Positions 29,380 to 39,042 of a stretch of 64,000 bases of DNA are shown piece by piece. Position 1 is the stretch's first letter. Every line of letters starts with the position of its first letter. The notes under the pieces are model-generated. The model was not told the origin of the DNA. It ran no database searches and was given only the letters and a program-made list of their open reading frames with translations. This stretch comes from Pelagomonas calceolata (Eukaryota), in the NCBI GenBank assembly GCA_918797485.1, contig CAKKNE010000006.1, positions 3,100,001 through 3,164,000 on the forward strand, written 5' to 3'. The translations under genes and the position numbers were made by a program.

Positions 29380-30522
29380 CTAATACGCGCCCGCAGCCGC
29401 CGCAGCCGCTAAGAGGTCCGCGGGCACGTTGGGCGCGCCGTCGTCGTCGTCGTCCGAGTCCGAGTCGTCCGACGACGAGTCGGAGTCGCTCGACGACGAC
29501 GCGGACTCAAGGCCCGCGGCCGCGGCGGCCACGGCCACGTCCCGGGGCACGCCGCCCGCCGGCGCCGCCGCGGCGCGACGCCGCTTGCGCGCCGGCGGCG
29601 CGACGCCGAGCAGCGGGTGCGACGCCACGACGGCGCCGGCCTCGTCCTCGTCGTCGTCGTCCTCAGAGTCGGAGTCCGCGGCGGGCGCCGGCCGCGCCTG
29701 CTTCTCGACGGCGGCGCGCTGCCGCTCGTCCTCGGCCTCCGCCGCGCGCCAGCCGCGCGCGACGCTCCCCAGCACCTGCGCGACGCCCGCGCAGAGCGTC
29801 GTGTGGCGCTCGCCGTCCTCGGCCGGCGGCGCCCGAAATATAGCCTCGGCGCGCCCGACCGCCGCCGCCATCGAGGCCTCCCGCTTCAGGGCCCCGAGCA
29901 GCAGCTGCTCCAGGAACTTCGGGTCGTGCCGCGCGCGCCTATCCAGTTGCTTCTGCGCGCGCGCGACGGCGAGGTGCTCCTGCACTTTTTCTTTGTGCGC
30001 GTCGGCGAAGGCCTTCACGAGCGCCTCGACGCGCGGCGCGTCCGTCGCCTCCAGGTCCAGGGCCGCGCAGACGGCCGCGCCGGCGCGCGGGCCGTCGCGC
30101 CGCCTCCCCTTGCCCTTGCCTCGACCGCCGCGGCCGCGGCCGCCCTTGCCGCCGCGGCCCCGGCCCTTGCCGCGGCCCTTGCCTTTGCTGCCCTTGCCGC
30201 CGCGGCCGCGGCCCTTGCCGCCCGCGCCGCGGCCGCGACCTCCTCCGTAGTGGTCCGCCCGCGGCGGTCGCGGCGGTCGCTCCTCGCGCGGCCGTTTCGG
30301 CGGCGCGCGCGCGCACGTGGGAATCGTCGGCGCGCCGGGCAGGATGGGCCACGCCCCGAAGATGGGCGCGCTCGTCTTCGGCGGCGCGTAGTCGTCTGGT
30401 GCGATTGTTGTTTTTGTCTTTGGCGCTGCCGGTTCGGTGCCGAAGACGTCGAGGGCGTTCGTTTTTGTTGTTTTTGGCTTTTTTTGTTGCAGCGTCGAGA
30501 GGCTACTCAGGAAGGAGTCCAT
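29380..30522 (-). CDS. RGG/KG-rich probable nuclear or RNA-binding protein
   Basis: ATG at 30522; GRGRGGKG tract and acidic Ser/Asp tail. PKFLEQLL...REAS is weakly NUFIP1-like. Confidence 0.65.
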   Translation of the reverse strand: MDSFLSSLSTLQQKKPKTTKTNALDVFGTEPAAPKTKTTIAPDDYAPPKTSAPIFGAWPILPGAPTIPTCARAPPKRPREERPPRPPRADHYGGGRGRGAGGKGRGRGGKGSKGKGRGKGRGRGGKGGRGRGGRGKGKGRRRDGPRAGAAVCAALDLEATDAPRVEALVKAFADAHKEKVQEHLAVARAQKQLDRRARHDPKFLEQLLLGALKREASMAAAVGRAEAIFRAPPAEDGERHTTLCAGVAQVLGSVARGWRAAEAEDERQRAAVEKQARPAPAADSDSEDDDDEDEAGAVVASHPLLGVAPPARKRRRAAAAPAGGVPRDVAVAAAAAGLESASSSSDSDSSSDDSDSDDDDDGAPNVPADLLAAAAAAGAY

Positions 30523-31018
30523 TTCTTTGGCTCGTTTCGTCGACGGCGCGCGTTTTGCAGCGCTGCTAATGCTGCGGCTTTGTGCAGCACTTTTTATCCG
30601 CCCGGACTTGCCGCGATCGACTGCACGAGGCTGCGCTAGTAGTAAGGCGTCCCAATCACTGATTTTCGCTGCTGTTGGCAATGAATAAGCTCGCTGCGGC
30701 CTTTGGCTCCTAGCTAGCTAGTGTCTTACAGCACGCTAGCTCCACATGCACTTTTTGCGTTGAGGCTCTAACGAGCGCCTTTGCTGCGTCGGTAGAGCGC
30801 CTCGCGCCCCCTCGGCGTTCTCCAGGGACGACTGGGCCCGCCCCTGCCTCCGCTCCCGGCCCCCGACCGTGGACGGGCCCCTACAAGCTTGTGCAACCCA
30901 CAACCAGTACAACCGCACCCCGACGGCGCGCACCGGCACAACGGACAGCCTGAACGCCCAACAACAAACAACGGCTGACGCCATCGCAGCCGTTGTTACA
31001 CAGGCAAATATTGAAGCC

Positions 31019-31933
31019 ATGGCCGCGGCACCCAACATGTCAGCGCTCCCCAAGCACATCCTCACCGCGACGGCCCTCGGCAACGTCTCCGTGCTATCGC
31101 AGTGGATTAATGACGGCGGCGATCCCAATGCGAGGACCATTGACGGGCACACGCTGCCGAGCGTCGCGGCCATCTTCTGTCGTTTAGATTCCATGACTGT
31201 ACTGGTAGAGAGAGGAGCAAGGGTCGACGTCGCGGATGGCGACGGGTGGACGCCTCTCATCGAGGCTGTTGTGTTCCAGCCGGGCATCGAAAGCAACGAC
31301 GACCACCGCGTGAGGAGACGGGAACTAGTCGATCTATTGCTGACGCATGGTGCCTCAGTCGATAGGAGAACGGCCGATGGTATGACGCCGTTGATGTTGG
31401 CCGCAGCTCAAGGACACATGGACATCATAAGGTTGCTGTTACGACGGGGCGCCGTCCTCACTCTGACAGATGGTGCGGGCCGCAACGCGGAGGCCGCGGC
31501 AGAAAGGCGCAATCGCGACGACGCCGCGGAGCTGCTGAAGGAGGTTCGCTTGAGTGGCGGGACCTGGAAACGATATATTTCGGAACCGCGGCGCGACCTC
31601 CTGGTACTGCGTGTGTTGTGCTCTAGGGGCCGGGCCATGCTTTCGCCGAATGAAGGCAGGTTGGTGGGCCCGTCGCAGGGCGGCGCGCTCGCGCGGCTCT
31701 TCCCGGCGCCGCCGGGCCGGACGCGGCGGCAGAAGCGGATGCGGCGGCGCGGTCCGCACCTGCCGGACGAGCTGTTTTGGAGGGTCCTGCAGTTCTGGCG
31801 GTCGGAGCGGGACTTCCCCGAGGAGCCCGAGGACGTCGCCGCAGGCTACGGCGACGACATGGTCGACATCCAGTTCCACGATGAGGAATCGTCTCTCGAT
31901 GGCTGGACCGGACCGCCCGGTGGCCTTGCGTAA
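31019..31933 (+). CDS. Ankyrin-repeat protein with a possible SOCS-box-like C-terminus
   Basis: GWTPLIEA, GMTPLMLAA; C-terminal LLVLRVLC...LPDELFWRVLQFW. Confidence 0.85.
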   Translation: MAAAPNMSALPKHILTATALGNVSVLSQWINDGGDPNARTIDGHTLPSVAAIFCRLDSMTVLVERGARVDVADGDGWTPLIEAVVFQPGIESNDDHRVRRRELVDLLLTHGASVDRRTADGMTPLMLAAAQGHMDIIRLLLRRGAVLTLTDGAGRNAEAAAERRNRDDAAELLKEVRLSGGTWKRYISEPRRDLLVLRVLCSRGRAMLSPNEGRLVGPSQGGALARLFPAPPGRTRRQKRMRRRGPHLPDELFWRVLQFWRSERDFPEEPEDVAAGYGDDMVDIQFHDEESSLDGWTGPPGGLA

Positions 31934-31955
31934 TTTTGTCCCTAGGGCTATGTTC

Positions 31956-32653
31956 TTACTGGCTCTCGATGTCCGCCTGGATGGGCTTGTCGCGCTTCGC
32001 GTCTTCTATCTGCTGCACGGACGGCGCGACCTTCTGCGCGGCGAGGACGAGCCAGCCTGTGTTTGAACGAGTGAGCCGCCGCGTCGATGGCGACGGCGCG
32101 TCGCAAACGTTGAGGCTCGAGGACGCCGAGGCGTGCTCATCCGCGCGGTGCGGAGCCACCGCGAGCACCCGTCCGCGCGGATCCAGGTCGTCAGGTCCGT
32201 GTCGCGTACTTGAACGTCTGAGACTCGCCGTGGTCGCCCGAACTCAAGAGCGCGTGCTCCATCAGGCGCGGGTAGGCCTGCACGAACTTGAGCGCCCGCT
32301 TGACCTCGCCTCTCCAGAAGATGACCCCTGCCAGGGAGTAGCCGGCCCACGCGCCGACCTGTGTGGAAATCGAAATTTTACGGCGCGTTCGCCATCGACG
32401 CGACGCCTGCTCGATGGCGTGGTGATGCCGGTTCGCGCCCGACGCATTGGTTGATTTCCACACAGGCGCCGACGAGATATGGGACGAGCGGGCCCGCTCC
32501 GAGCAACGCGCCGGCCTGTCCAAAGAATAGGCCGGATGTTGTCGAGACAAAGGTGGAGAACGCCACGAATCTCCCGACGAACCGCGCTCGGCACGGGACG
32601 ATTCCCAGGCTGGCACCGAGCAATTTGATGCCTGCATCCTCTACTCTTATCAT
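31956..32653 (-). CDS. Small membrane protein
   Basis: Gly-rich hydrophobic segments. Introner intron 32359-32473, plus a probable GC-AG intron 32057-32228 (donor gcgagt) that restores the frame. Confidence 0.55.
32359..32473 (-). mobile_element. Introner intron (element 32359-32465)
   Basis: Perfect TSD gcgccgac (32351-32358 and 32466-32473); 13-bp TIR ctgtgtggaaatc / gatttccacacag. Confidence 0.92.
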
Positions 32654-32929
32654 GACAGATGTCTCTGCTTCGGTGTGCTTTACGCGTCGACGTTAGAGTT
32701 GAAATCGATCACTCGTGACGCAAACACCGCGATTCAGTCGCGAAGCGTCGGTAAAAAGAACGTAAAAAGTGATTAGACGAGCCGAGCTAGCGGCCTGTAA
32801 GACACTAGAAACACGAGCCTTGCTGCGCTGGCGCTGGCATTGTCGCAGTGATCGACTTGAGACGATCGTGAGCAGATCACGGCTATCTATTACTACTGCA
32901 CAACGGCATTCTACAACTCATCAAAAGAG

Positions 32930-33844
32930 ATGAGGTGCATAGCAGCATTTGTGCTGCTGCATTGCGCCAGTGCATTTGTTGCGCCGACGGCGTCGACGCG
33001 ACGCAGCCATGTCCAGCTGCATGCTGCCGCAGTCATCGAACCTGCGAAGGACGTCCCGAAACTACTCGAGAAACAGCGAGCGACCGTCGATGCATTGAAG
33101 GGCGTGGCTCCCGACTTCTCGGAGGTGGCACTGCTGCGCTTCGCGCTGGCGTTTCCGACGCAGAGCGAAGCGGCGACGGCCCTGAAGGAGACGCTCGCCT
33201 GGCGCAGCGGAGCAGGCAGCGAGATCGTCGCCAAGGCGGGTGCGGCGTACAAGGAGGCGTTCGCTACGGGTAAGTGGAACAACGACCCCGTCCGCGAGGG
33301 CGCGCCGCATGCGAAGACGATCAATCAATACATCACCGAGAAAAATATCCTCACCATGTCGACGGCCGAGGGGGATCTGGTCTACGTGATTCGCGCCTCT
33401 CTCATAGATGATACCAAAATGATGCGTCAAGTGAGTGTCGCGCAGCTGACGGAGTTCCTGCTCTACGTCAAGGAGATTCACGCGCTCGTCGCGGACGCTA
33501 GATCAGCAAGGACAGGCCGACTCTGCACCGTCGTGTTCGCTAACGACATTTCGGGAATCTCACAGATCCCGGACCGAAAGTTCTCCCAAGCCCTGACGCA
33601 GTCATCAGAACAGTACGAGAAGCTGTACCCATCTTTGGCCGGCGCGACAATGATCATGAATCTGCCGTTCGTTTTGCAGGCGTTCGTCGGGCTCTTCACG
33701 CCATTATTCCCGCAGTCGCTTCAGGACCGCCTCAAGTTCGTTCCGGCTCCCTATTTGGGCAAGCTCAAGGACCTCACGCCGCTCGCCGGCGGCGCGAGTC
33801 GAAAGGTCTTCCTCGGCGAGCTCAAGCGGCTACTGAAGAAGTAG
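32930..33844 (+). CDS. Plastid-targeted CRAL-TRIO/SEC14-like protein
   Basis: Bipartite leader with ASA-FVAP; LLRFAL, TLAWR, LYPSL...IMNLPFV. Confidence 0.8.
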   Translation: MRCIAAFVLLHCASAFVAPTASTRRSHVQLHAAAVIEPAKDVPKLLEKQRATVDALKGVAPDFSEVALLRFALAFPTQSEAATALKETLAWRSGAGSEIVAKAGAAYKEAFATGKWNNDPVREGAPHAKTINQYITEKNILTMSTAEGDLVYVIRASLIDDTKMMRQVSVAQLTEFLLYVKEIHALVADARSARTGRLCTVVFANDISGISQIPDRKFSQALTQSSEQYEKLYPSLAGATMIMNLPFVLQAFVGLFTPLFPQSLQDRLKFVPAPYLGKLKDLTPLAGGASRKVFLGELKRLLKK

Positions 33845-33895
33845 GTCTGCGTGTTGTGTGTGTAAATTCAAGAATACTTACAACGATATCATAAT

Positions 33896-36382
33896 TCAAG
33901 CCAGCGGCTCGGACCCGAGCACGGCCAGCGTCGTGTTGAGCAGCTGGAGCTCCGCCGCCGGGTTCGCCGCGTCATCAATAATTTGATGAGTGGGCTGATA
34001 GCCGAGCACGGACGCCTCGAGCTCCTCGAGCTCGCGCATCTCGCACTGGAGGAGCTCGTAGCGCACCAACCCCGAGCCCGCCGGCGCCGCGCCGCCCGGC
34101 CGCGGCCGCAGCCGGGCCGGCACAACCACAGACGCATCTAAAGGTCGTCGCAACTCGCCGCGCGGCGACGCCGGCCTCGCGCCATCCAACCGCGACAACA
34201 AATCCTCCTTCTCGTCCCTACATAACCCCATCAGTTGCTTCAGGCGCCGCGCATCCTCAAGAGCTTCTAACGTCCGCCTCCTGGACCTCTCGGCTAATTG
34301 ATGTCTAACAAACCATCTCCGAAAACCAGCGGGATGCGCCACGAGCCGCGCGTACAGCCTTTCTTCGCGACACGGCAGCCCCACTCGGACTTGCACATCA
34401 TCCCGACACCGCAACGCCGCCGTCGACGACGCCAGCAAAGCTTTTCCGATGTCTTCTTCTTGCGCGACGACCTCCAGCAACGGCCGCACACCACCGGCAT
34501 CGCGGATCTGCAGCTGGTTCGACAGATCTCCGTCCGCGACGTTCCGCAGAGTCTCGGCAAGATCCCGAGCCGCCGTGCCATCATTATCATCCTCTTCAAG
34601 AACATTCTGCAACAAATTGACCACGGTGGGAATCACGGAGTCGTCCTCGTTCACGGCCTCCTTCAGCTGCGTCCGCAAGATGTCCTTTTGGGGCTCTTCG
34701 TGTTCCTGCGGTTCCACGAGAGCTGCGAGAGCGCCCGCCGCTTGGACCGCCGCTGCTGGCCTTTCATGACCTCTGGACAACATAGTAACGAGTTTCTGCA
34801 CCGTGTCCGTCTCGGCGAGCTCCGAACGTAGCGTCTCCTCGTCAACCTCTTCATCATCAACTGCGTCGCCGGCTCGGACGAAGGTCTGGAGCGTTAGTGC
34901 TGCGGAGGCCTGGCCCCACTCGTCGCCGTCCTCCAACAACTCCACAACTTTTTCCACACCGCCGGCGTCGCGCACGGCCTGCAACGCGCCCGGCGGCTCT
35001 TCGTCATCATCTGATAATACTGCTGATTCTTCACAGGCCACCTCCGAATCAATCAGCGTCCGCATCGTCGCCATGGCCGCCTGCTTCTTGGCCCAGTCGT
35101 CGTTGTCTTCTAAAACACCTACTACTGCTTTCGCGGCCTCGCTGATGCCTTCCCTACCCAAACCTACGAGCGCTTTGGTGGCGTTCTGGGCGCTTACTGA
35201 ATTCTCCGTCGTTTGGTCGAGGTCGCAACCGCGCGCTTGCAACGCCGCTTCCTCGGCCGGCGGCAAGGCCCGCGTCGCCGTCGCGACGATGCTTTCCACA
35301 ACCCCAGGCCGCTTCACGATGGCCTCCTTCGCCTCTTGCGACGTCTGTTCGTCGTCCAGCATGAGCTGGAGCACGCCTGTGTGGAATTGACTCCGTCGCG
35401 AAACCGCCGCGGCCCGCCGGCGAGACGCGTGGACCCTCTGGCGGCCACGTCGACGGCGTCGAGGCAACACGCCATCGCAGCGACGGCGTCGACGCGACCA
35501 CGTCACGTTCAAGTTCATTTCCCACGCTGAGTCAGCACCGACGGCGTCGTCGACGTCGCCCGGCTTCTCTTGCAGACATTCTGTGACGTCCAGCAAGCGC
35601 GGCAGTAGGAACGGCTCCGAGAAGACGCGATGTCTCGCTTCGCCACCTGCCCTGGCTAATTGCGAGATAGCGCCTAATGCTGAACTTCGAACTCGTTCAC
35701 GGTCAGAGCCGAGCATGCCTACTATAGGCGCGGTGATGTCTTCGCGCATGACCGTTTCCAGGCGTTGCGGCTGTTGTTGGGGTCTACTCGTAGATACGAC
35801 CTGTCGCAGGACATCGGCGGCGGCGATCTGCGATTCGGGATTTGATTCCTGTGAGAGTAGTCCTACTAAAGGAGCGACGCCGTCGTGCTCGACGACCGCC
35901 CTCACAGCGGCGGCCGGTCGGTGCGCGGGCCCGCCCCACGGGTTCTGTGACGGCTGATGATGCGTCATCAGGCGTAGAGTTTGGACGGCCGACGCTCGGT
36001 TTCTCGGGTCCTCGTCGCCGAGCTGTTCACAGATCACGCGGTAGCCCGGCCATTGAGAAGTAGGCTCCTCCTGGGGCATCGGCTGGAACGGCGGTTGGAA
36101 CGTTGCTGCTACTGCGCTCAACGAGCTCCCCGAGGCGACGGCGGCCCTAGCCGCCGCTCGGGCTTCGCGTCTTCGTTCTAGACTGCCCTGGCCTCGTCGC
36201 TGTTTTCTTGGTTGTGTGCCGTTCGTCGTCCGTCGCACGGGCGGCCGGTCCTTCGGTTGCGTGCGGTAGCCGTTCGTTGCCGGGGCGGCGCGCGCGTAGC
36301 CATTCGGTTGTTGTTGTCTGTGGTAGGGTGCCGGCGGCGGCGGCGGCCGCGGCGGCCGCGCGGCGTAGCCGTGGTAGGCCAT
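33896..36382 (-). CDS. Armadillo/HEAT-repeat protein
   Basis: GVAPLVGLL, DAGGVEKVVELL, DAGGVRPLLEVV; in-frame intron 35377-35538 ending ttccacacag. Confidence 0.8.
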   Translation of the reverse strand: MAYHGYAARPPRPPPPPAPYHRQQQPNGYARAAPATNGYRTQPKDRPPVRRTTNGTQPRKQRRGQGSLERRREARAAARAAVASGSSLSAVAATFQPPFQPMPQEEPTSQWPGYRVICEQLGDEDPRNRASAVQTLRLMTHHQPSQNPWGGPAHRPAAAVRAVVEHDGVAPLVGLLSQESNPESQIAAADVLRQVVSTSRPQQQPQRLETVMREDITAPIVGMLGSDRERVRSSALGAISQLARAGGEARHRVFSEPFLLPRLLDVTECLQEKPGDVDDAVGADSAWEMNLNVTWSRRRRRCDGVLPRRRRRGRQRVHASRRRAAAVSRRSQFHTGVLQLMLDDEQTSQEAKEAIVKRPGVVESIVATATRALPPAEEAALQARGCDLDQTTENSVSAQNATKALVGLGREGISEAAKAVVGVLEDNDDWAKKQAAMATMRTLIDSEVACEESAVLSDDDEEPPGALQAVRDAGGVEKVVELLEDGDEWGQASAALTLQTFVRAGDAVDDEEVDEETLRSELAETDTVQKLVTMLSRGHERPAAAVQAAGALAALVEPQEHEEPQKDILRTQLKEAVNEDDSVIPTVVNLLQNVLEEDDNDGTAARDLAETLRNVADGDLSNQLQIRDAGGVRPLLEVVAQEEDIGKALLASSTAALRCRDDVQVRVGLPCREERLYARLVAHPAGFRRWFVRHQLAERSRRRTLEALEDARRLKQLMGLCRDEKEDLLSRLDGARPASPRGELRRPLDASVVVPARLRPRPGGAAPAGSGLVRYELLQCEMRELEELEASVLGYQPTHQIIDDAANPAAELQLLNTTLAVLGSEPLA

Positions 36383-36923
36383 TTCTGTGGTCGCTTCTCG
36401 TCGGCGCTGTCGCTCTAGCTGACACAAGAAGTGCTCTCTCTTAGCGCCCGGTTTCGCCGGCGCCAGCGAGTTTGAGAGCGTTCCAGCGCTCAAACGACTT
36501 TACGGAGCTTCGAATCTGAGGCCGCGGGTGTGGTCGGTCCGTGTGTGCGCGCGGCGACGACTCTGCTCATACTCTGCTCTACCTCATAAATGGCGGGTTT
36601 TATCGCAGCCCTCCAGCGGCCCCGTCGAGCCGTCCTGATGAATGAAAGGCCCGCCTACGGCGTAGTAGGCTCGCGACGAACCAGCCCGTCCCGACAAGCA
36701 GCGCCCGCTTTTGTTGTCGTCGCGCTACGAGCTTGTAGAGCCGGGGGCAAGTGACGGCGCTGACGGCTGCGGACGGAGCACCGAGGCATCCTATTCAGAC
36801 CTTCACCGGTCCAAGAACAGGCAGCCCCACCGGGACTGGGCAGCCCTCCCACCCGACAACCAAGCCTAATAGCACGACACTAGCCAGGCGCCCGACGCAA
36901 AAAAGAAAGAAGAGCTCGAGACC

Positions 36924-37472
36924 ATGCCCAAGGGCAAGAAGGGCGCCGGCGACCCGGCAGACGGCCCCGACGTCGACGCCGGCGCGAGGGCCATCGCCGA
37001 AGTGATGAGCTTACGAACGCAACTCGGCATGCGCCAGACGGCCCTGACGGACGCGGAAACGGCGAAACGCCAAGCCGAGGAAAAACTAGCCAAGCTGCGC
37101 GCCGATTTTGATCAAGAACAAGAAACCGCTTATGAAATTAGTAAGGACATGACCAGGCAGTACAAGGGCATGCAAGAACAATTGGTGGAGCGCATCACGC
37201 AGCTGTCGAACACGGTGCAGGACCTGCAAGATAAGCTCGATGATGCTGAAAGTCACTTGGCCAAAACGGTGCGGGAGAAGGACGAGATCATAGCTTCAAA
37301 AGATGAGGAAATTTCGCAAATGAAGGCGAAGATGGAGGACATGGCCCGCGAGTTCGGCGGCATGCTCAAGGAGACGCTCGACAAGATGCGCGAGCGCATC
37401 GAGCTGTCGTCGACGAATTTGGAGGTCGACGTCGTTCCCGACGGCGCGGCGGTGGAGGCGTACGGCGTGTAA
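36924..37472 (+). CDS. CCDC153: CCDC153/DRC12-like flagellar coiled-coil protein
   Basis: MPKGKKG start; ISKDMTRQYKGMQEQL and MAREFGGMLKETLDKM. Confidence 0.75.
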   Translation: MPKGKKGAGDPADGPDVDAGARAIAEVMSLRTQLGMRQTALTDAETAKRQAEEKLAKLRADFDQEQETAYEISKDMTRQYKGMQEQLVERITQLSNTVQDLQDKLDDAESHLAKTVREKDEIIASKDEEISQMKAKMEDMAREFGGMLKETLDKMRERIELSSTNLEVDVVPDGAAVEAYGV

Positions 37473-37961
37473 GGGGGTTTCTGAGGTGTCTGTCGGGGCG
37501 CGGCGATGGCGTATTCGTGGGGACGTGGTCGTCGCGCGGTCGTCTAGAGCGGTTGTCGGGGCGTCCAGCGTAGACGTCCAGCGGCGTCCCGGGCCGTGAT
37601 TCGCCGCGCGTCCGTAGGTTCCGTGCGGCGCCGCGTTACCAACGGACGGGAGGAGTGGTGGGAAGCCTCTCTGGCGGGTTCGCGTGCGGCGCGCGACCTC
37701 GGGGTGGGGGCTCGAAAGCCGAAGCCCGGCAGCCCCTCGCGAGGGCTCTATCTACAGCCTGCACAAGCCGCATTCGTGACTGCAGACGCAGCGCGACCGC
37801 GTACGTCACCCCGAATCAGTCATCTAGCCACTCGTGCAGCGAAACTCCGCGCGGCTCGATAATAGACAAGCTAGCAGCACAACAGTCCTCAGCAGAGGCA
37901 AGTAGGCAAGTAGCTGGTCGCGCGCGACCTTAGGCATCACTCGTCACACAAGACAGAAATC

Positions 37962-38654
37962 ATGGATGCTCCTCTGTCGGCCGGCCGCGGCCCGAAAGAT
38001 CCCTCGGAGCGCAAGCCGCGTGGCGGTGGCGGCGGCGGTCCTCGCGGCGGCGCCCGCAGCGGTGGAGGCGGCGGCGGCAGACCTGGCAGAGGCGGCCGCC
38101 CGCAAGTATGCTACAACTGCGGCCAGGAGGGCCACATCTCCGCCGAGTGCCCGAACCCCAAGGTCGAAGGTGGTGTGAAGAAGTGCTACAACTGCGGCGA
38201 GCTCGGCCACATCTCGGCGGACTGCCCGCAGCCGCGCAAGGAGCGCGAGCCGAGAGCTCCCCGCAACGGTGACCGCAAGGGCTATTCTGAGCACGACGAC
38301 CGCGGCGGGAAGCAAAACCGTAAGGAAGACCGGGCGTGCCGCATCTGCGGCAAGATCGGTCACTTAGCGCGGGACTGTCGCAGTGCCGGAGCGAAGACGG
38401 ACAAGACCTGCCGCATCTGCGGCAAGGTCGGCCACCTGGCCCGGGACTGCCGGTCCAAGGGCGCGCAGAAGGGCGGCAAGGGTCAAAAAAGAGGCCGCGG
38501 CGGCCCGCGGTCGGCGTCGGACTTGGACAAAGAAATGGACTTATATCATGGCAAGCCCGCGAAGAAAGGCAAGCCGACCGCCGACGAGCTCGACGCGGAG
38601 ATGGATGCGTACAACAAGGCGGCGGCCACCGGCGCCGTCGCGGCGGAGGCGTAG
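37962..38654 (+). CDS. CCHC zinc-knuckle RNA-binding protein with a duplicated Chtop/FoP-like C-terminal motif
   Basis: Four CxxCxxxGHxxxxC motifs, RGG tracts, SASDLDKEMDLY and TADELDAEMDAY. Confidence 0.88.
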   Translation: MDAPLSAGRGPKDPSERKPRGGGGGGPRGGARSGGGGGGRPGRGGRPQVCYNCGQEGHISAECPNPKVEGGVKKCYNCGELGHISADCPQPRKEREPRAPRNGDRKGYSEHDDRGGKQNRKEDRACRICGKIGHLARDCRSAGAKTDKTCRICGKVGHLARDCRSKGAQKGGKGQKRGRGGPRSASDLDKEMDLYHGKPAKKGKPTADELDAEMDAYNKAAATGAVAAEA

Positions 38655-39042
38655 AGCTCGACCGGTCTATCCCGCGCCACCGACGGCGCGCCGCCCGCAA
38701 AGACTAAGTTCCGCTCGTACGATTTGCTAGCGGCCGGTAAGACACTAGCAAGCCAGTCTCTGGCTGCGCAAAAGGCAGATTCATTGGAATCAGGCACGCT
38801 TTGCTGCGGTTTGCGGCTGGCGCGCTGGCGAATCAACGCGCCTGAGCTGCAGGCCAAAATTCAAGAACAGGCGCCAGTTATTTCGACGCACACCTCTCAG
38901 GCTCTCCCAAGCCAGCCAACCATTCGCCTCACTGCGTCGCGGCGCAAAGCTCGGTTTGTATAGCGCGGGCGCCTGCTGTTGATTTATTTGTGCAGCAGCG
39001 CCGCGGGAGTAACCAGCAGCCGACCCCACAACGCCCGGAGCG

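Noticed and set aside
32057..32250. Apparent frameshift or pseudogene in the 31956-32653 gene
   Set aside because: A GC-AG intron at 32057-32228 restores the frame. A shorter intron (32057-32136) plus a frameshift remains possible but is less parsimonious.
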